The notes below the pieces were generated by a model. It saw nothing but the letters and a program-made list of their open reading frames with translations. It was not told the DNA's origin and searched no databases. The position numbers and the translations under genes were made by a program. A stretch of DNA of 64,000 nucleotides from a bacterium (GTDB taxonomy: Bacteria; Patescibacteriota; Minisyncoccia; UBA6257; GWB1-50-10), in the NCBI GenBank assembly GCA_021791395.1, contig JAJYWR010000005.1, positions 21,259 to 85,258 on the forward strand. The letters are read 5' to 3'. This document shows, piece by piece, positions 16,042 through 25,779 of the stretch; within the stretch, counting starts at the first letter, position 1, and the number at the start of each line of letters is the position of its first letter.

Positions 16042-16370
16042 ACCCCCTATCAATCCCATAAGCATCTTCCCGAATACCTGCGAGTGAATTTTATTGGGAG
16101 TGCTCTTAAAATTCCCACGATCGCCGCGCCGCCGAGCCAGGCTCTCCCGCCGAATGGCAAATCGGGCGGCGAGGAGCGGGCGAACGAGGAGAATTTTTTG
16201 CGCTCGAAATATTTTTGAACGAGCAAGCATTCGGAAAAATGCGCCGCACAAAAGTTATCCACAGATTTTCTCCACAAAAAACTCTATAATTAAAGAAGAA
16301 GAGGAATTTACTGCGATTGAGGAGTCGACAGTCCAACGGTAAATTTCGTAAAACGAAAAACAAAAAAACA

Positions 16371-16451
16371 ATGGCAGCAAAAAAGAAGGCAAAGAAGACG
16401 GCGAAGAAGTCTTCAAAAAAGGCCAAAAAGAGCGGCAAAAAAAGAAGATAA
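16371..16451 (+). CDS. candidate 26-aa Lys/Ala-rich basic micro-protein
   Basis: This ORF is too short to appear in the supplied track. It translates as MAAKKKAKKTAKKSSKKAKKSGKKRR* and is followed 12 nt later by a strong terminator. Confidence 0.4.
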   Translation: MAAKKKAKKTAKKSSKKAKKSGKKRR

Positions 16452-16462
16452 ATTGCTCTTAT

Positions 16463-16496
16463 AATCACCCCTCATGAGCGAGGGGTGATTATTTTT
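16463..16496 (+). terminator. intrinsic terminator
   Basis: The stem is AATCACCCCTC paired with GAGGGGTGATT, with loop ATGAGC, followed by ATTTTT. Confidence 0.75.
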
Positions 16497-16522
16497 ATGC
16501 CTGCTATAATAAATGAAATCCC

Positions 16523-17557
16523 ATGAGTGACCTCAAAACTGTACGAATCATCAAAAAAACCATGCCAGCAGTCGTTTCGATCGTCCTCTCAAAGAACGTC
16601 GATGACTTAAAAGCAGAACTTCAAAGAGAAGGGGGGCGGGGAAAAGCCATAAAAATCCCGGAAGATAAAATATCACCCGAAGGTACGGTTGAAATCGGCG
16701 GCGGTTCGGGATTCTTCGTTGACAAAAGCGGCATCGTTCTCACAAATAAGCATGTCATCGCCGAATCGAATGTACGCTACAAGATCACAACCGATGATGA
16801 ACGGACATTCGATGCGGAACTTTTGGCGCGCGATCCGATCAACGATATTGCCATACTAAAAACAAAGGACAGCGAAGGGAGAACGTTCCCCTTTTTGAAG
16901 CTCGGCGATTCTTCGAGCCTCGACTTGGGCCAAACGGTCCTCGCCATCGGAAACGCGCTTGGTATTTTTAAAAATACGGTTTCCCTCGGAATCATTTCCG
17001 GCCTCTCGCGTTCTGTAAAAGCGAAACCCGATCCCGAAAAACCGGTTCAAGAACTCCGGGGACTCATCCAAACCGATGCCGCCATCAACCCCGGGAATTC
17101 CGGAGGTCCCTTGGTTGACATGTCGGGTCGCGTCATTGGTATCAACGCAGCCGTCGTCGCCGGAGCGCAAAATATCAATTTCGCGATCCCCGTGAACACA
17201 GCGAAACGCGATATTCACGATCTCAAAAAATTCGGGAGGATCCGCCGGCCGCTCCTCGGCATCCGGTATGTGACGTTGGATAACGTGCTTTCCCGATCGA
17301 TGCACACCACCTTAACCCACGGCGCATATGTAACAAAAGAACATCCGCTGGACGACGCCGTCATCGTCGGAAGCCCTGCCGCGAAAGCGGGCATCAAGGA
17401 GAAGGACATCATCACGGAGTGGAACGGTAAGCCGATTATGGGTGGCTCAATCCAAGAGCTTTTGGAAAACTCGAACGTCGGCGATGAAATCAAATTGAAA
17501 GTAGTGAGGAACGGCAAAACATTTGAGACAAGTGTTATCCTCGCCGAACGAAAATAG
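16523..17557 (+). CDS. HtrA/DegP-family trypsin-like serine protease with C-terminal PDZ domain
   Basis: The catalytic triad context is TNKHV, NDIAILK and GNSGGPLVD. A PDZ-like C-terminus is present (GSPAAKAGIKEKDII). Confidence 0.9.
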   Translation: MSDLKTVRIIKKTMPAVVSIVLSKNVDDLKAELQREGGRGKAIKIPEDKISPEGTVEIGGGSGFFVDKSGIVLTNKHVIAESNVRYKITTDDERTFDAELLARDPINDIAILKTKDSEGRTFPFLKLGDSSSLDLGQTVLAIGNALGIFKNTVSLGIISGLSRSVKAKPDPEKPVQELRGLIQTDAAINPGNSGGPLVDMSGRVIGINAAVVAGAQNINFAIPVNTAKRDIHDLKKFGRIRRPLLGIRYVTLDNVLSRSMHTTLTHGAYVTKEHPLDDAVIVGSPAAKAGIKEKDIITEWNGKPIMGGSIQELLENSNVGDEIKLKVVRNGKTFETSVILAERK

Positions 17558-17561
17558 CCGG

Positions 17562-18500
17562 CTAGTACGTATATTCATTCACCAAGAGCCCGTTTTGATC
17601 GAGCAAGAGAACCCGGTCGTGTTTTGAGTTGAACAACCACATGCCGGGAATCCAAGCGATCCACTGGTTCGTCAAAAATCCGGTGGTATTGACGTTCTTG
17701 TCGTAGCACGATGCATAATTGAACCGATTGAGGAACTGGACGCACGCAGGTTCGCTGGAAAATGAATTGAGCGATGAAGCGCTCGGCGATTTGCACGACC
17801 CCAATGAAAGGATGTAGCTTTGGCAGTTGCCCGATAGGGTCGAAATGTCCGAACGATTGTACAGAGGAATGTAACTGCACTGGAGCTGCGGTGAAAATGC
17901 ATACGTGTTGTTGAGGTACCCCATGCACTTATTGATGCGCAAATTCTTCGCGATCGGACTTGTTGTATTATAAATATCCAAACGTCCGCCGGCCGGAAGT
18001 ACAATATCCGTCGACGGACTTAAGCCAGACGGATTGTAATCGTTGACCGCCTGCGGAATTTGCATTGAACCTTCATTTGATTTGACGGTCCAACCACTCA
18101 CGTCGATCGGCGACGCCGAACCGTATGCCGAAAGTGAAAGATGGCTGTTATACCAAACGTACGTATAAAGTGATGTTATCCTCACATCGCCGTAGAAGGG
18201 GGAGAGGTCTGCTGCCGTAAATCCCGGCGGAGGCGTAACCGTCGGCTTTGCAGGTGCAGTCGCTACGGGATGCGATGGCGAGGATAATCCTCCGCTCATC
18301 GCGCCCCCGTTTTTTACCGTGCTCGTTCCGATGGACACCGACGGTGTTCCGTTGTTTGCGGCCGACGGGGCCTGATAATTCAACTTCAAAAGCGAACTGA
18401 CGTTTTCGAATTTTATCGAACCCTTGAGCTGCGTCACCACATTCACAATGGCGACCGCAATCACGATGAGAACGATGATGAGAAAGATGTATTTCCCCAT
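17562..18500 (-). CDS. hypothetical secreted/anchored protein, possible lamin-tail-like domain plus Cys-containing C-terminal region
   Basis: It has an N-terminal TM helix and the segment IDVSGWTVKSNEGSMQIP...IVLPAGGRLDIY, which resembles the LTD pattern. Confidence 0.4.
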   Translation of the reverse strand: MGKYIFLIIVLIVIAVAIVNVVTQLKGSIKFENVSSLLKLNYQAPSAANNGTPSVSIGTSTVKNGGAMSGGLSSPSHPVATAPAKPTVTPPPGFTAADLSPFYGDVRITSLYTYVWYNSHLSLSAYGSASPIDVSGWTVKSNEGSMQIPQAVNDYNPSGLSPSTDIVLPAGGRLDIYNTTSPIAKNLRINKCMGYLNNTYAFSPQLQCSYIPLYNRSDISTLSGNCQSYILSLGSCKSPSASSLNSFSSEPACVQFLNRFNYASCYDKNVNTTGFLTNQWIAWIPGMWLFNSKHDRVLLLDQNGLLVNEYTY

Positions 18501-18503
18501 AGA

Positions 18504-20891
18504 TTAGATGACGAGGTTGATAATTCTCCCTTTCACATATACCACTTTTTTGATTTTGGCGCTTCCGAGGGCGGCAGAAACGGTCTCAAGTTTCATCGCT
18601 GCTTCCTTCACCGCTCCTTCTTCCGCGTTGGGGGGGACTATAATGCTCCCCCGCCGCTTGCCGTTCACCTGGGCGACAACCTCAACCACCTCTTCTTTCA
18701 AGAGCGACGGATCGTACGATGGCCACGATTCGAAGTGCACCGACTTCTTGTTCTTCAGAAGATACCACAATTCATCCGCGAGGTGCGGTGCGAACGGCGC
18801 GAGAATTTTCAAAAAATCGCTCCAGACGCCCGCCGGAATGATCACTTCGTCGCTTGCGGCATTCATAAAGATCATCATGGAGCTTATGGCTGTATGGAAC
18901 GCCATTTTTTCAATGTCTTCCCCGACTTTTTTCACCGTCGCTGCAAGAAGGCGCTCGAGCTTTTCGTTCTTCGTTTTTCCGATCTCCTTTTCGTGCGCGG
19001 TGTCCCACGTGCGCCGCAAGAACCGTTTTACTCCTTCGATCCCCTTTGCATCCCAGGCAATCGCCCGATCGAAAGGACCCATGAACATTTCATAGACCCG
19101 CGCAACATCGGCGCCGTATGCCCTGACGATGGTATCGGGATTCACGGCGTTGCCGCGCGACTTCGACATCTTGACACCCCTCTCTCCGAGGATCATTCCT
19201 TGCGCCGTCCGTTTCCGGTACGGTTCGCTTGTCGGAACCAATCCTTGATCGTGGAGAAAGATGTTCCAAAACCGCGAATAGAGCAAATGGAGCGTCACGT
19301 GCTCCATGCCGCCGTTGTACCAATCGATCGGCATCCAGTACTTCAATTTTTTCATCGAGGCGAACTCTTTCGCATTCTTCGGATCGGCATACCGCAAGAA
19401 GTACCAGCTCGATCCGGCCCAATTCGGCATCGTGTCCGTTTCGCGCTTCGCGACCCCTTTGCACTTCGGGCATTTGACGTTCACGAAACTCACGACGGAA
19501 GCCAAAGGCGACTCGCCGTCGTCGCGCGGCTTATAATTCTTGACGGGCGGGAGGACAACCGGCAGATCTTTTTCCGGCACGGGGACATAGCCGCATTTTT
19601 CGCAGTGAATGATCGGAATCGGCTCGCCCCAATACCTTTGGCGCGAAAAGACCCAGTCGCGCAGGTGGTAGTTCACCGTCTTCTTTCCGCCGACAAATTT
19701 TGTGATCTCCGCTTTCGCCCGCTCTGAATCCATCCCGTCAAACTTCCTGGAATTCACGAGGTTTCCCTTTCCTTCCCAAAGTTCGCCCGGCGTTCCTCCC
19801 GAAACAACGTGGATGATCGGCAGATTAAATTTCTTCGCGAACGAGAAGTCGCGCGCATCGTGCGCGGGAACCGCCATAATCGCTCCCGTGCCGTACTCGG
19901 CAAGGACGTAGTCCGCAATCCACACGGGAATTTCTTCGCCGGTCGCCGGATTCACTGCTTTCACGCCCTTGAGCTCCACACCAGTTTTTTCCCGATCCTC
20001 CGCCGTCCGTTCTTCCTCCGTTTCTTTCCGTGCTGTTTTTACATACGCCTCAACCTCATTGAAGTTCGAGATCTTATCCTTCAATTTCTCCACGAGCTCA
20101 TGTTCCGGCGCGAGGACCATATACGTTGCGCCAAATAATGTGTCGGGTCTGGTTGTAAATACCTTAATTCGAAATTCAGAATTCGAAATTCGAAATTCCA
20201 GTTCCGCCCCCTCCGATCGTCCGATCCAGTTCACCTGCTGTGCTTTGATTTCGTCCAGATAATCCACCTTCTCCAAACCCTTCAGGAGCTTGTCGGCGTA
20301 TGCGGTAATTTTGAGCATCCACTGCGCCTTCTTCCGCTTTTCGACTTCCGCGCCGCACCGCTCGCATTTTCCCGCAATCACTTCTTCGTTCGCGAGACCA
20401 ACTTTGTCATTCGGGCACCAGTTGATATCAATCTCCGCTTTATACGCCAAACCTTTTTTGAAAAATTGAAGGAAGAGCCACTGTGTCCATTTATAGTATT
20501 TCGGATCAGTCGTGTTCACTTCGCGGCTCCAATCGAACGAAAATCCCAAACCCTTGAGCTGCTTACGGAAGTTTTCGGTATTCTTCTTCGTCGCGACACG
20601 CGGATCGACGCCCGTTTTGATGGCATAGTTCTCCGTCGGGAGCCCAAACGCGTCCCATCCGATCGGATAGAGCACGTTATACCCTTCCATCCGCCGCTTG
20701 CGAGATACGATATCCATGGCCGTAAGGCTCCGGATATGGCCGATGTGGAGCCCCTGGCCGGACGGGTACGGGAATTCGATGAGCGAATACCACTTTTTCT
20801 TCTTGGAAAAATCGACGGCTTTCCCGATGTCTTGTTTTTCCCATTCTTTCTGCCACTTTTTCTCTATCTTTTTGAAATCGTACTTCGCCAT
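18504..20891 (-). CDS. leuS: leucine--tRNA ligase
   Basis: HIGH is present as PYPSGQGLHIGH, the editing motif is TTRPDTLFGATYMVLAPEH, and KMSKS is VKMSKSRGN. Confidence 0.97.
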   Translation of the reverse strand: MAKYDFKKIEKKWQKEWEKQDIGKAVDFSKKKKWYSLIEFPYPSGQGLHIGHIRSLTAMDIVSRKRRMEGYNVLYPIGWDAFGLPTENYAIKTGVDPRVATKKNTENFRKQLKGLGFSFDWSREVNTTDPKYYKWTQWLFLQFFKKGLAYKAEIDINWCPNDKVGLANEEVIAGKCERCGAEVEKRKKAQWMLKITAYADKLLKGLEKVDYLDEIKAQQVNWIGRSEGAELEFRISNSEFRIKVFTTRPDTLFGATYMVLAPEHELVEKLKDKISNFNEVEAYVKTARKETEEERTAEDREKTGVELKGVKAVNPATGEEIPVWIADYVLAEYGTGAIMAVPAHDARDFSFAKKFNLPIIHVVSGGTPGELWEGKGNLVNSRKFDGMDSERAKAEITKFVGGKKTVNYHLRDWVFSRQRYWGEPIPIIHCEKCGYVPVPEKDLPVVLPPVKNYKPRDDGESPLASVVSFVNVKCPKCKGVAKRETDTMPNWAGSSWYFLRYADPKNAKEFASMKKLKYWMPIDWYNGGMEHVTLHLLYSRFWNIFLHDQGLVPTSEPYRKRTAQGMILGERGVKMSKSRGNAVNPDTIVRAYGADVARVYEMFMGPFDRAIAWDAKGIEGVKRFLRRTWDTAHEKEIGKTKNEKLERLLAATVKKVGEDIEKMAFHTAISSMMIFMNAASDEVIIPAGVWSDFLKILAPFAPHLADELWYLLKNKKSVHFESWPSYDPSLLKEEVVEVVAQVNGKRRGSIIVPPNAEEGAVKEAAMKLETVSAALGSAKIKKVVYVKGRIINLVI
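20164..20198 (-). repeat. in-frame heptamer array (GAATTTC-type, 5 units) inside leuS
   Basis: The coding strand reads GAATTTC GAATTTC GAATTCT GAATTTC GAATTAA, translated as EFRISNSEFRIK. Confidence 0.9.
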
Positions 20892-21019
20892 TATCCAACT
20901 ATTCTAAACGAAAAGAACATTCCAAGAAAGACCAATAGGGGTAGCGAACCGAGCACCTCCGCGAAGGCTAAGACTTGGGCGTCGCCCCGGAGACAGCCTG
21001 AGAGGAGGCACTCGGCGAG

Positions 21020-21691
21020 CTAGAACGTGAGATCTTCCGGCGCGCTCACTTTCTTCCACCACGAAGCCTTCACAATCTTGACGCTCTTTCCGTCCCGCAC
21101 CATTTGCGCCATGGTCTGCGGCAAGCCGAACTCTTTCGAATCCGGCCCCGCGGGGCGCATGGGATAATCGAAATAACTCATGTCGAGGACGTAGGCGGCG
21201 GCGTTCTCGAGCATTCCCCTCCGTGCTTCCGCCTGTTCATCGATGTCGAGAACATTCCCCGATGCATCCGTTTTGATCTCCGCCCGATGCTCGCCCGGCG
21301 AAAATCGCTGGAGCTCGGCCGCGAGAATCGAAAGCGGATAGCGTACGAGTTCTTCAAGATCTTCCTTGGCGTACAAATCGTCTCCCATGAGAACGAGGAA
21401 TCGTCCCTTCAACACCGGCCGGCACAGTTCAAGTGCATGACCAGTTCCCCTGAGATCCTTCTGCTCGACATAGGTTATTTTTTTGCCGGCGTACGTTCCG
21501 TCGAAGGTCGATTTGATCTGATCGCCGAGATAACCAATAACCATGATCACTTCATCAATCTCGTCGGGAAGATTATTCAGTTTATATTCCAAGAGCGTCT
21601 TGTCACCGATTTTGAGGAGCGGCTTCGGCGTCCCCTTCGTGAGCTCGCGCATCCTCGTGCCGAGGCCGGCTGCTAGTATGACTGCTTGCAT
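21020..21691 (-). CDS. sugar-phosphate nucleotidyltransferase (NTP_transferase family)
   Basis: The N-terminal motif is ILAAGLGTRMRELTKGTPKPLL. Confidence 0.85.
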   Translation of the reverse strand: MQAVILAAGLGTRMRELTKGTPKPLLKIGDKTLLEYKLNNLPDEIDEVIMVIGYLGDQIKSTFDGTYAGKKITYVEQKDLRGTGHALELCRPVLKGRFLVLMGDDLYAKEDLEELVRYPLSILAAELQRFSPGEHRAEIKTDASGNVLDIDEQAEARRGMLENAAAYVLDMSYFDYPMRPAGPDSKEFGLPQTMAQMVRDGKSVKIVKASWWKKVSAPEDLTF

Positions 21692-21699
21692 GGTGATTA

Positions 21700-22560
21700 T
21701 TATATATGGAAAATCCTCGCCGCGTTTGCAACCGTCGCTTCCGCCATTTCGTCGGCGGGAATTCCCTTGATTTCCGCGAGCTTTTTCACGGTTTCCACGA
21801 CGTATGCCGGTTCATTCCGCTTGCCGCGGTACGGGACGGGGGCGACGTACGGCGCATCGGTTTCCGAGAGTATTCGGTCAAGGGGGAGAAACCTCACAAG
21901 TGCTGCATAATCGGGCATGCCAGCCTTCGGCGGATAGGTCACCGTACCGCCGAAGGTGAATCTGAATCCTAAATCCAAAAGTTTCTTCGCATCGTCTTTG
22001 GTACCGGTAAAAAAATGGATGATGCCAGGAATGGTATTCAGTATTTGGTGGTTAGTAGTCAGCATCTCGATCAGATCATCGAAAGCATCGCGGCAATGGA
22101 TCATCAAGGGCTTCTCAACGTCATGCGCAAGTTTGATTTGCCCGAGGAGCGCCTCCTTTTGCCGCCGCTTCAGTTTACCGACATCACCTTCCATATGAAA
22201 ATAATCCAATCCACATTCGCCGATCGCGACCGTTTTCGGGTCGAGCGCCAGCTTTTTGTAATATTCGTATTCGAATTCCTCACCACGGCTCGTAAACGCT
22301 TTCGCCGAATCACCTCCGCCGAGCTCGTTCTCATCATGATGCGACTTCGACGTATGGATCGGATGAAGGCCGATCGCCGCATACACCGGCTCGTTTTCAA
22401 ATTCATGCGCTACCTCGACGGCCCGGCGCGAGGTATCCTTCTGCGTCCCCACGTTCACCAAGCCGACACCCGCGGCGAGGGCCCGACGGATCGCATCGCG
22501 ATAGTCTTCTTTGAATGCCGCAAAGTGAGCGTGGGTATGAGCATCGAAAAATTTGTTCAT
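21700..22560 (-). CDS. TatD-family metal-dependent hydrolase/DNase
   Basis: The ORF is trimmed to MNKFFDAHTHAHF and carries GECGLDY and HCRDAFDD motifs. Confidence 0.85.
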   Translation of the reverse strand: MNKFFDAHTHAHFAAFKEDYRDAIRRALAAGVGLVNVGTQKDTSRRAVEVAHEFENEPVYAAIGLHPIHTSKSHHDENELGGGDSAKAFTSRGEEFEYEYYKKLALDPKTVAIGECGLDYFHMEGDVGKLKRRQKEALLGQIKLAHDVEKPLMIHCRDAFDDLIEMLTTNHQILNTIPGIIHFFTGTKDDAKKLLDLGFRFTFGGTVTYPPKAGMPDYAALVRFLPLDRILSETDAPYVAPVPYRGKRNEPAYVVETVKKLAEIKGIPADEMAEATVANAARIFHI

Positions 22561-22627
22561 GTATTGAATTATAAACGAAATAATTCTACTATAGGAACCA
22601 GTTTCTTTCACAATATAAGGAATCATC

Positions 22628-23260
22628 ATGTTCAAGATAGTCATCTCCGACCTCGACGGCACCCTCGTGGATTCCGCCGGCTTTTATTACCGATCGTCGG
22701 TAAGCATCTTCAAAACCTTCGGTGTTCAACCCCCGAGCTTCCAAGCCTTCCGCAGAGAAATAACGGGGAATATACCCGGTTTCTTCTACCGGCACGGCCT
22801 TAGCCGCTCGGTTACCCCCGAAGCCATAGATAAAATGACTTTTTCCTACGTTCGCGAGCATTGGCAGGAATACACCATACACCCCGGCGCACGAACTGCG
22901 CTTGCACTTTGCCGGGGGCTCAATATCCCCTTCTTCATTTTAAGTCATAATATCGACGGCGTGATCAAGAATGCCATCAAGAAATTCGAACTGGGGCTCT
23001 TCGTTACCGAAGCCATTTCTTCCGGCAATAAGAGCGAGTCCCTCTTTGCCATCGTGCGGAAATGCCGCGTTTCACCGCAGGATGTCCTATTTATGGACGA
23101 CACGGCAAGCGGAATACGGGACGGCAAGAACGCCGGTGTTGCAACATTGGGCTTTCTTGGTGGATACGAATCAAAATGGAAGATCAGCCGGGCCCGACCA
23201 GATTTCAAAACGGCCAGCTTTCAGGATGTCATGAGAGTGATCGTCCGACGTCGGATTTAG
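22628..23260 (+). CDS. HAD-superfamily hydrolase (phosphoglycolate-phosphatase-like)
   Basis: Motif I is ISDLDGTLVDS and the distal motif is FMDDTASGIRDGKNAG. Confidence 0.8.
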   Translation: MFKIVISDLDGTLVDSAGFYYRSSVSIFKTFGVQPPSFQAFRREITGNIPGFFYRHGLSRSVTPEAIDKMTFSYVREHWQEYTIHPGARTALALCRGLNIPFFILSHNIDGVIKNAIKKFELGLFVTEAISSGNKSESLFAIVRKCRVSPQDVLFMDDTASGIRDGKNAGVATLGFLGGYESKWKISRARPDFKTASFQDVMRVIVRRRI

Positions 23261-24744
23261 CGGAGGCGAGTAAACAACAGCTCGCCTCTTTTTGTTTTTA
23301 CGCTGCCGCCCTCCCAAATGATGCTCTTCGTGATCTTTTCCGCGGTACCAGGCAGGAACGACTCAATCATAACAGCGACATTGTCCAAAATAGCAACCAT
23401 GTCGAAAACCGCTTTTTCCTTTTCTTCGCGATCGGAAGCGGCCCACGGCTTTTTTTCGTTTACATACCCATCCCCGAAACCGATGAGGTTCCAAATGGCA
23501 CTGAGCGCTTCATGAAATTTGAACCCATCAAGGGCCGCCGCCATTTTTTTCTTCGTCTCTTCGATCTTTTCCGCAACATCTTTTGAAATTTCGCGGTTTT
23601 TCATTTCGTGGAGTCCTTCGCCAAGCGCGAGAACGCGCGCTGCAAAGTTGCCGAGACCATTTGCTAAATTCGCGTGGTAACTTTTATCGAACTTGTCCCA
23701 CGTAAAATCGCCGTCCTCAAAGGGAACCAAATCGTGGAGAAGCCAAAAACGGAGCGCATCCGTGCCGTATTTTTCGACGACCTCAAACGGGTCAACGACG
23801 TTCCCCAAACTCTTCGACATTTTTTGGCCGTTCGAGTTCACAAATCCATGAATCAGTATCTGCCGTGATGTCGGGAGGCCGGCCGACATAAGCATCGCTT
23901 GCCACATGGCCGATTGTTGGCGGAGATTGTCCTTGCCGGCGACTTGCAAAGCATTCGGATGCTCGTTTGTTCCCCAAAAACGTTCGAAGTTTTCTTGGTC
24001 CTCCGGCCAGCCGAGCGTCGAAACATAATTCACCAGAGCGTCGAACCAAACGTACATCACGTGATCGTCGTCCCCCGGCACCGGCACACCCCACGGCATT
24101 TTCAACTTGAGCCGTGAGACGCTGAAATCTTGGAGCCCCGCAGACACGAAATTCTTTATTTCCGTAAGGCGGTGGGAAGGCAGAACGAAATCGTGATATT
24201 TTTCATAAAGATCGAGAAGTGGCTTTTGATACTTTGAAAAACGGAAGAAATAATTTTCTTCTTCAATGACCTCGATTTTTAGATTGGGATGGATCGGACA
24301 CGTGCCGTCTATGAGTTCTGACTCCGTCTTTTCCAACTCGCAGCCGACGCAGTATTTAATTTGATAATTTTTTTTGTAAATATCACCCTTTGCATCACAT
24401 CGCCCCCAGAACTCCTCGACCGCACTTATGTGATGCATATCCGTCGTGCGGACGAAGTTCGTGTAACTCAAGTTGAGCGCCGAGCGGAGCTTGTCGAACT
24501 CGGCTGCTTTTTCGTCGACGTATACCTTCACCTCTTTCCCCGCTTCTCCGGCATTCCGGTATATTTTTTGCCCATGCTCATCCGTACCGGTATTGAAAAT
24601 GACACGCTCGCCCAAAAAATCCCTGTGATAGCGCGCAATGGCGTCCGCTTGAACGATCTCCAGAGCAAAGCCGATGTGCGGCGACGCATTCACATACGGC
24701 AAAGTGGTCGTGATATAAAAATTTTTCTTTTCCATCCTCTTCAA
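23257..24744 (-). CDS. metG: methionine--tRNA ligase
   Basis: It carries PYVNASPHIGF (a HIGH-like motif) and KMSKSLGN. Confidence 0.95.
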   Translation of the reverse strand: MKRMEKKNFYITTTLPYVNASPHIGFALEIVQADAIARYHRDFLGERVIFNTGTDEHGQKIYRNAGEAGKEVKVYVDEKAAEFDKLRSALNLSYTNFVRTTDMHHISAVEEFWGRCDAKGDIYKKNYQIKYCVGCELEKTESELIDGTCPIHPNLKIEVIEEENYFFRFSKYQKPLLDLYEKYHDFVLPSHRLTEIKNFVSAGLQDFSVSRLKLKMPWGVPVPGDDDHVMYVWFDALVNYVSTLGWPEDQENFERFWGTNEHPNALQVAGKDNLRQQSAMWQAMLMSAGLPTSRQILIHGFVNSNGQKMSKSLGNVVDPFEVVEKYGTDALRFWLLHDLVPFEDGDFTWDKFDKSYHANLANGLGNFAARVLALGEGLHEMKNREISKDVAEKIEETKKKMAAALDGFKFHEALSAIWNLIGFGDGYVNEKKPWAASDREEKEKAVFDMVAILDNVAVMIESFLPGTAEKITKSIIWEGGSVKTKRGELLFTRLR

Positions 24745-24747
24745 AAT

Positions 24748-25779
24748 CTATTCAAAATCGAGTTCCAGGCGCTTCGATTTTTTCTCCGCCAAGTAGTCAA
24801 AGATTTCCTGAACGAGAACCGCCACTGGCACCGAAAGAATGATGCCCGTGAATCCAGCAATCTCGCCTCCCGCGAGGACCGAAACGAGAACGATTACCGG
24901 GTGCACCCGCATGCTCTTGCCAACCAAGATTGGTATCAAAATGTGGTTTTCTACCTGCTGAATGACGACGAAGAAGATGACCGCATAGATCGCCAAACTC
25001 ACGGAATACGAGGCTGCAACGACGAACGCGATGAGCCCCGTAATGATCGGGCCGATGAGGGGGACGATTTCGAGGATTCCCGCGATGACACCAAGCAAAA
25101 TCGGGTACTTGACGCCGATAAGAAACATCCCGACAAAAACCGCCATGCCAACGAAGAGACTTAAGGCAAGCTGCGTTGCAAACCACCGCCGCATCTTCCG
25201 TTCATAATTTTTGAAAACGGTCATAACCGACCGCTCATATGAACCGGGAAGGATAACTTCGAGCATCCGCTCCGCCCCGTGCCGTTCCACTGAAAGATAG
25301 AGTGTTACGATGACGGCCGAGAAGACGAGAATAATATCCGTGATAAGCGACCAAAACGTCGCCGTGATTGAAAAATTAATGGTGGAAAGAAACGTCGAGA
25401 TTTGATTCAGGCCCGACTGGACATTTTGAACGGAGGGCAGCACGAATTTGATCCCCGGTATCGTCGGGATGATTTCATTCAGTCGGCCGACAAAACCGGA
25501 GAATTCAATAATGAGGATAGGTATAACAAGATATAGAAAAAGCCCAACGACCGTTATCGAAACGACAAAAACGGTGATTATCGCGAGGATCCTCCCAAAT
25601 TTCAATTTCTCACTCAAAAATCCGACAATCGGCTCGACTCCGAGGGATAAGACAACGCCGACCAAAAGCACCGCAAAAGCGTCCCGCGCAAAATACAAAA
25701 GGAGGGCGAATCCGATAAATATGAAGATACGCCACAGCGCCGTCCATCCTACCTCCAGCTTTTGAGATGATTGGCTCAC
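24748..25779 (-). CDS. AI-2E family (PerM/UPF0118) transporter
   Basis: It is a multi-pass membrane protein with the family-typical C-terminal helices (IPLIGPIITGL...VHPVIVLVSVLAGGEIAG). Confidence 0.8.
   Translation of the reverse strand: MSQSSQKLEVGWTALWRIFIFIGFALLLYFARDAFAVLLVGVVLSLGVEPIVGFLSEKLKFGRILAIITVFVVSITVVGLFLYLVIPILIIEFSGFVGRLNEIIPTIPGIKFVLPSVQNVQSGLNQISTFLSTINFSITATFWSLITDIILVFSAVIVTLYLSVERHGAERMLEVILPGSYERSVMTVFKNYERKMRRWFATQLALSLFVGMAVFVGMFLIGVKYPILLGVIAGILEIVPLIGPIITGLIAFVVAASYSVSLAIYAVIFFVVIQQVENHILIPILVGKSMRVHPVIVLVSVLAGGEIAGFTGIILSVPVAVLVQEIFDYLAEKKSKRLELDFE

Noticed and set aside
16255-16276. Perfect DnaA box TTATCCACA (16255..16263) plus an 8/9 box TTCTCCACA (16268..16276), considered as oriC
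   Set aside because: Only two boxes are present, and one perfect 9-mer is expected about 0.5 times by chance in this window. No dnaA or dnaN gene is nearby, there is no clear DUE, and gene strand bias does not switch here. The boxes could still be a DnaA-regulated promoter for the small basic ORF, but the evidence is thin.
18735-19727. 330-aa plus-strand ORF (and other long ORFs antisense to leuS)
   Set aside because: It is antisense to leuS, whose HIGH, KMSKS and editing motifs are unambiguous. The translation is Arg/His-rich nonsense composition.
24361-25164. 267-aa plus-strand ORF
   Set aside because: It is antisense to metG and the AI-2E transporter gene and spans their boundary. No motifs were recognised.
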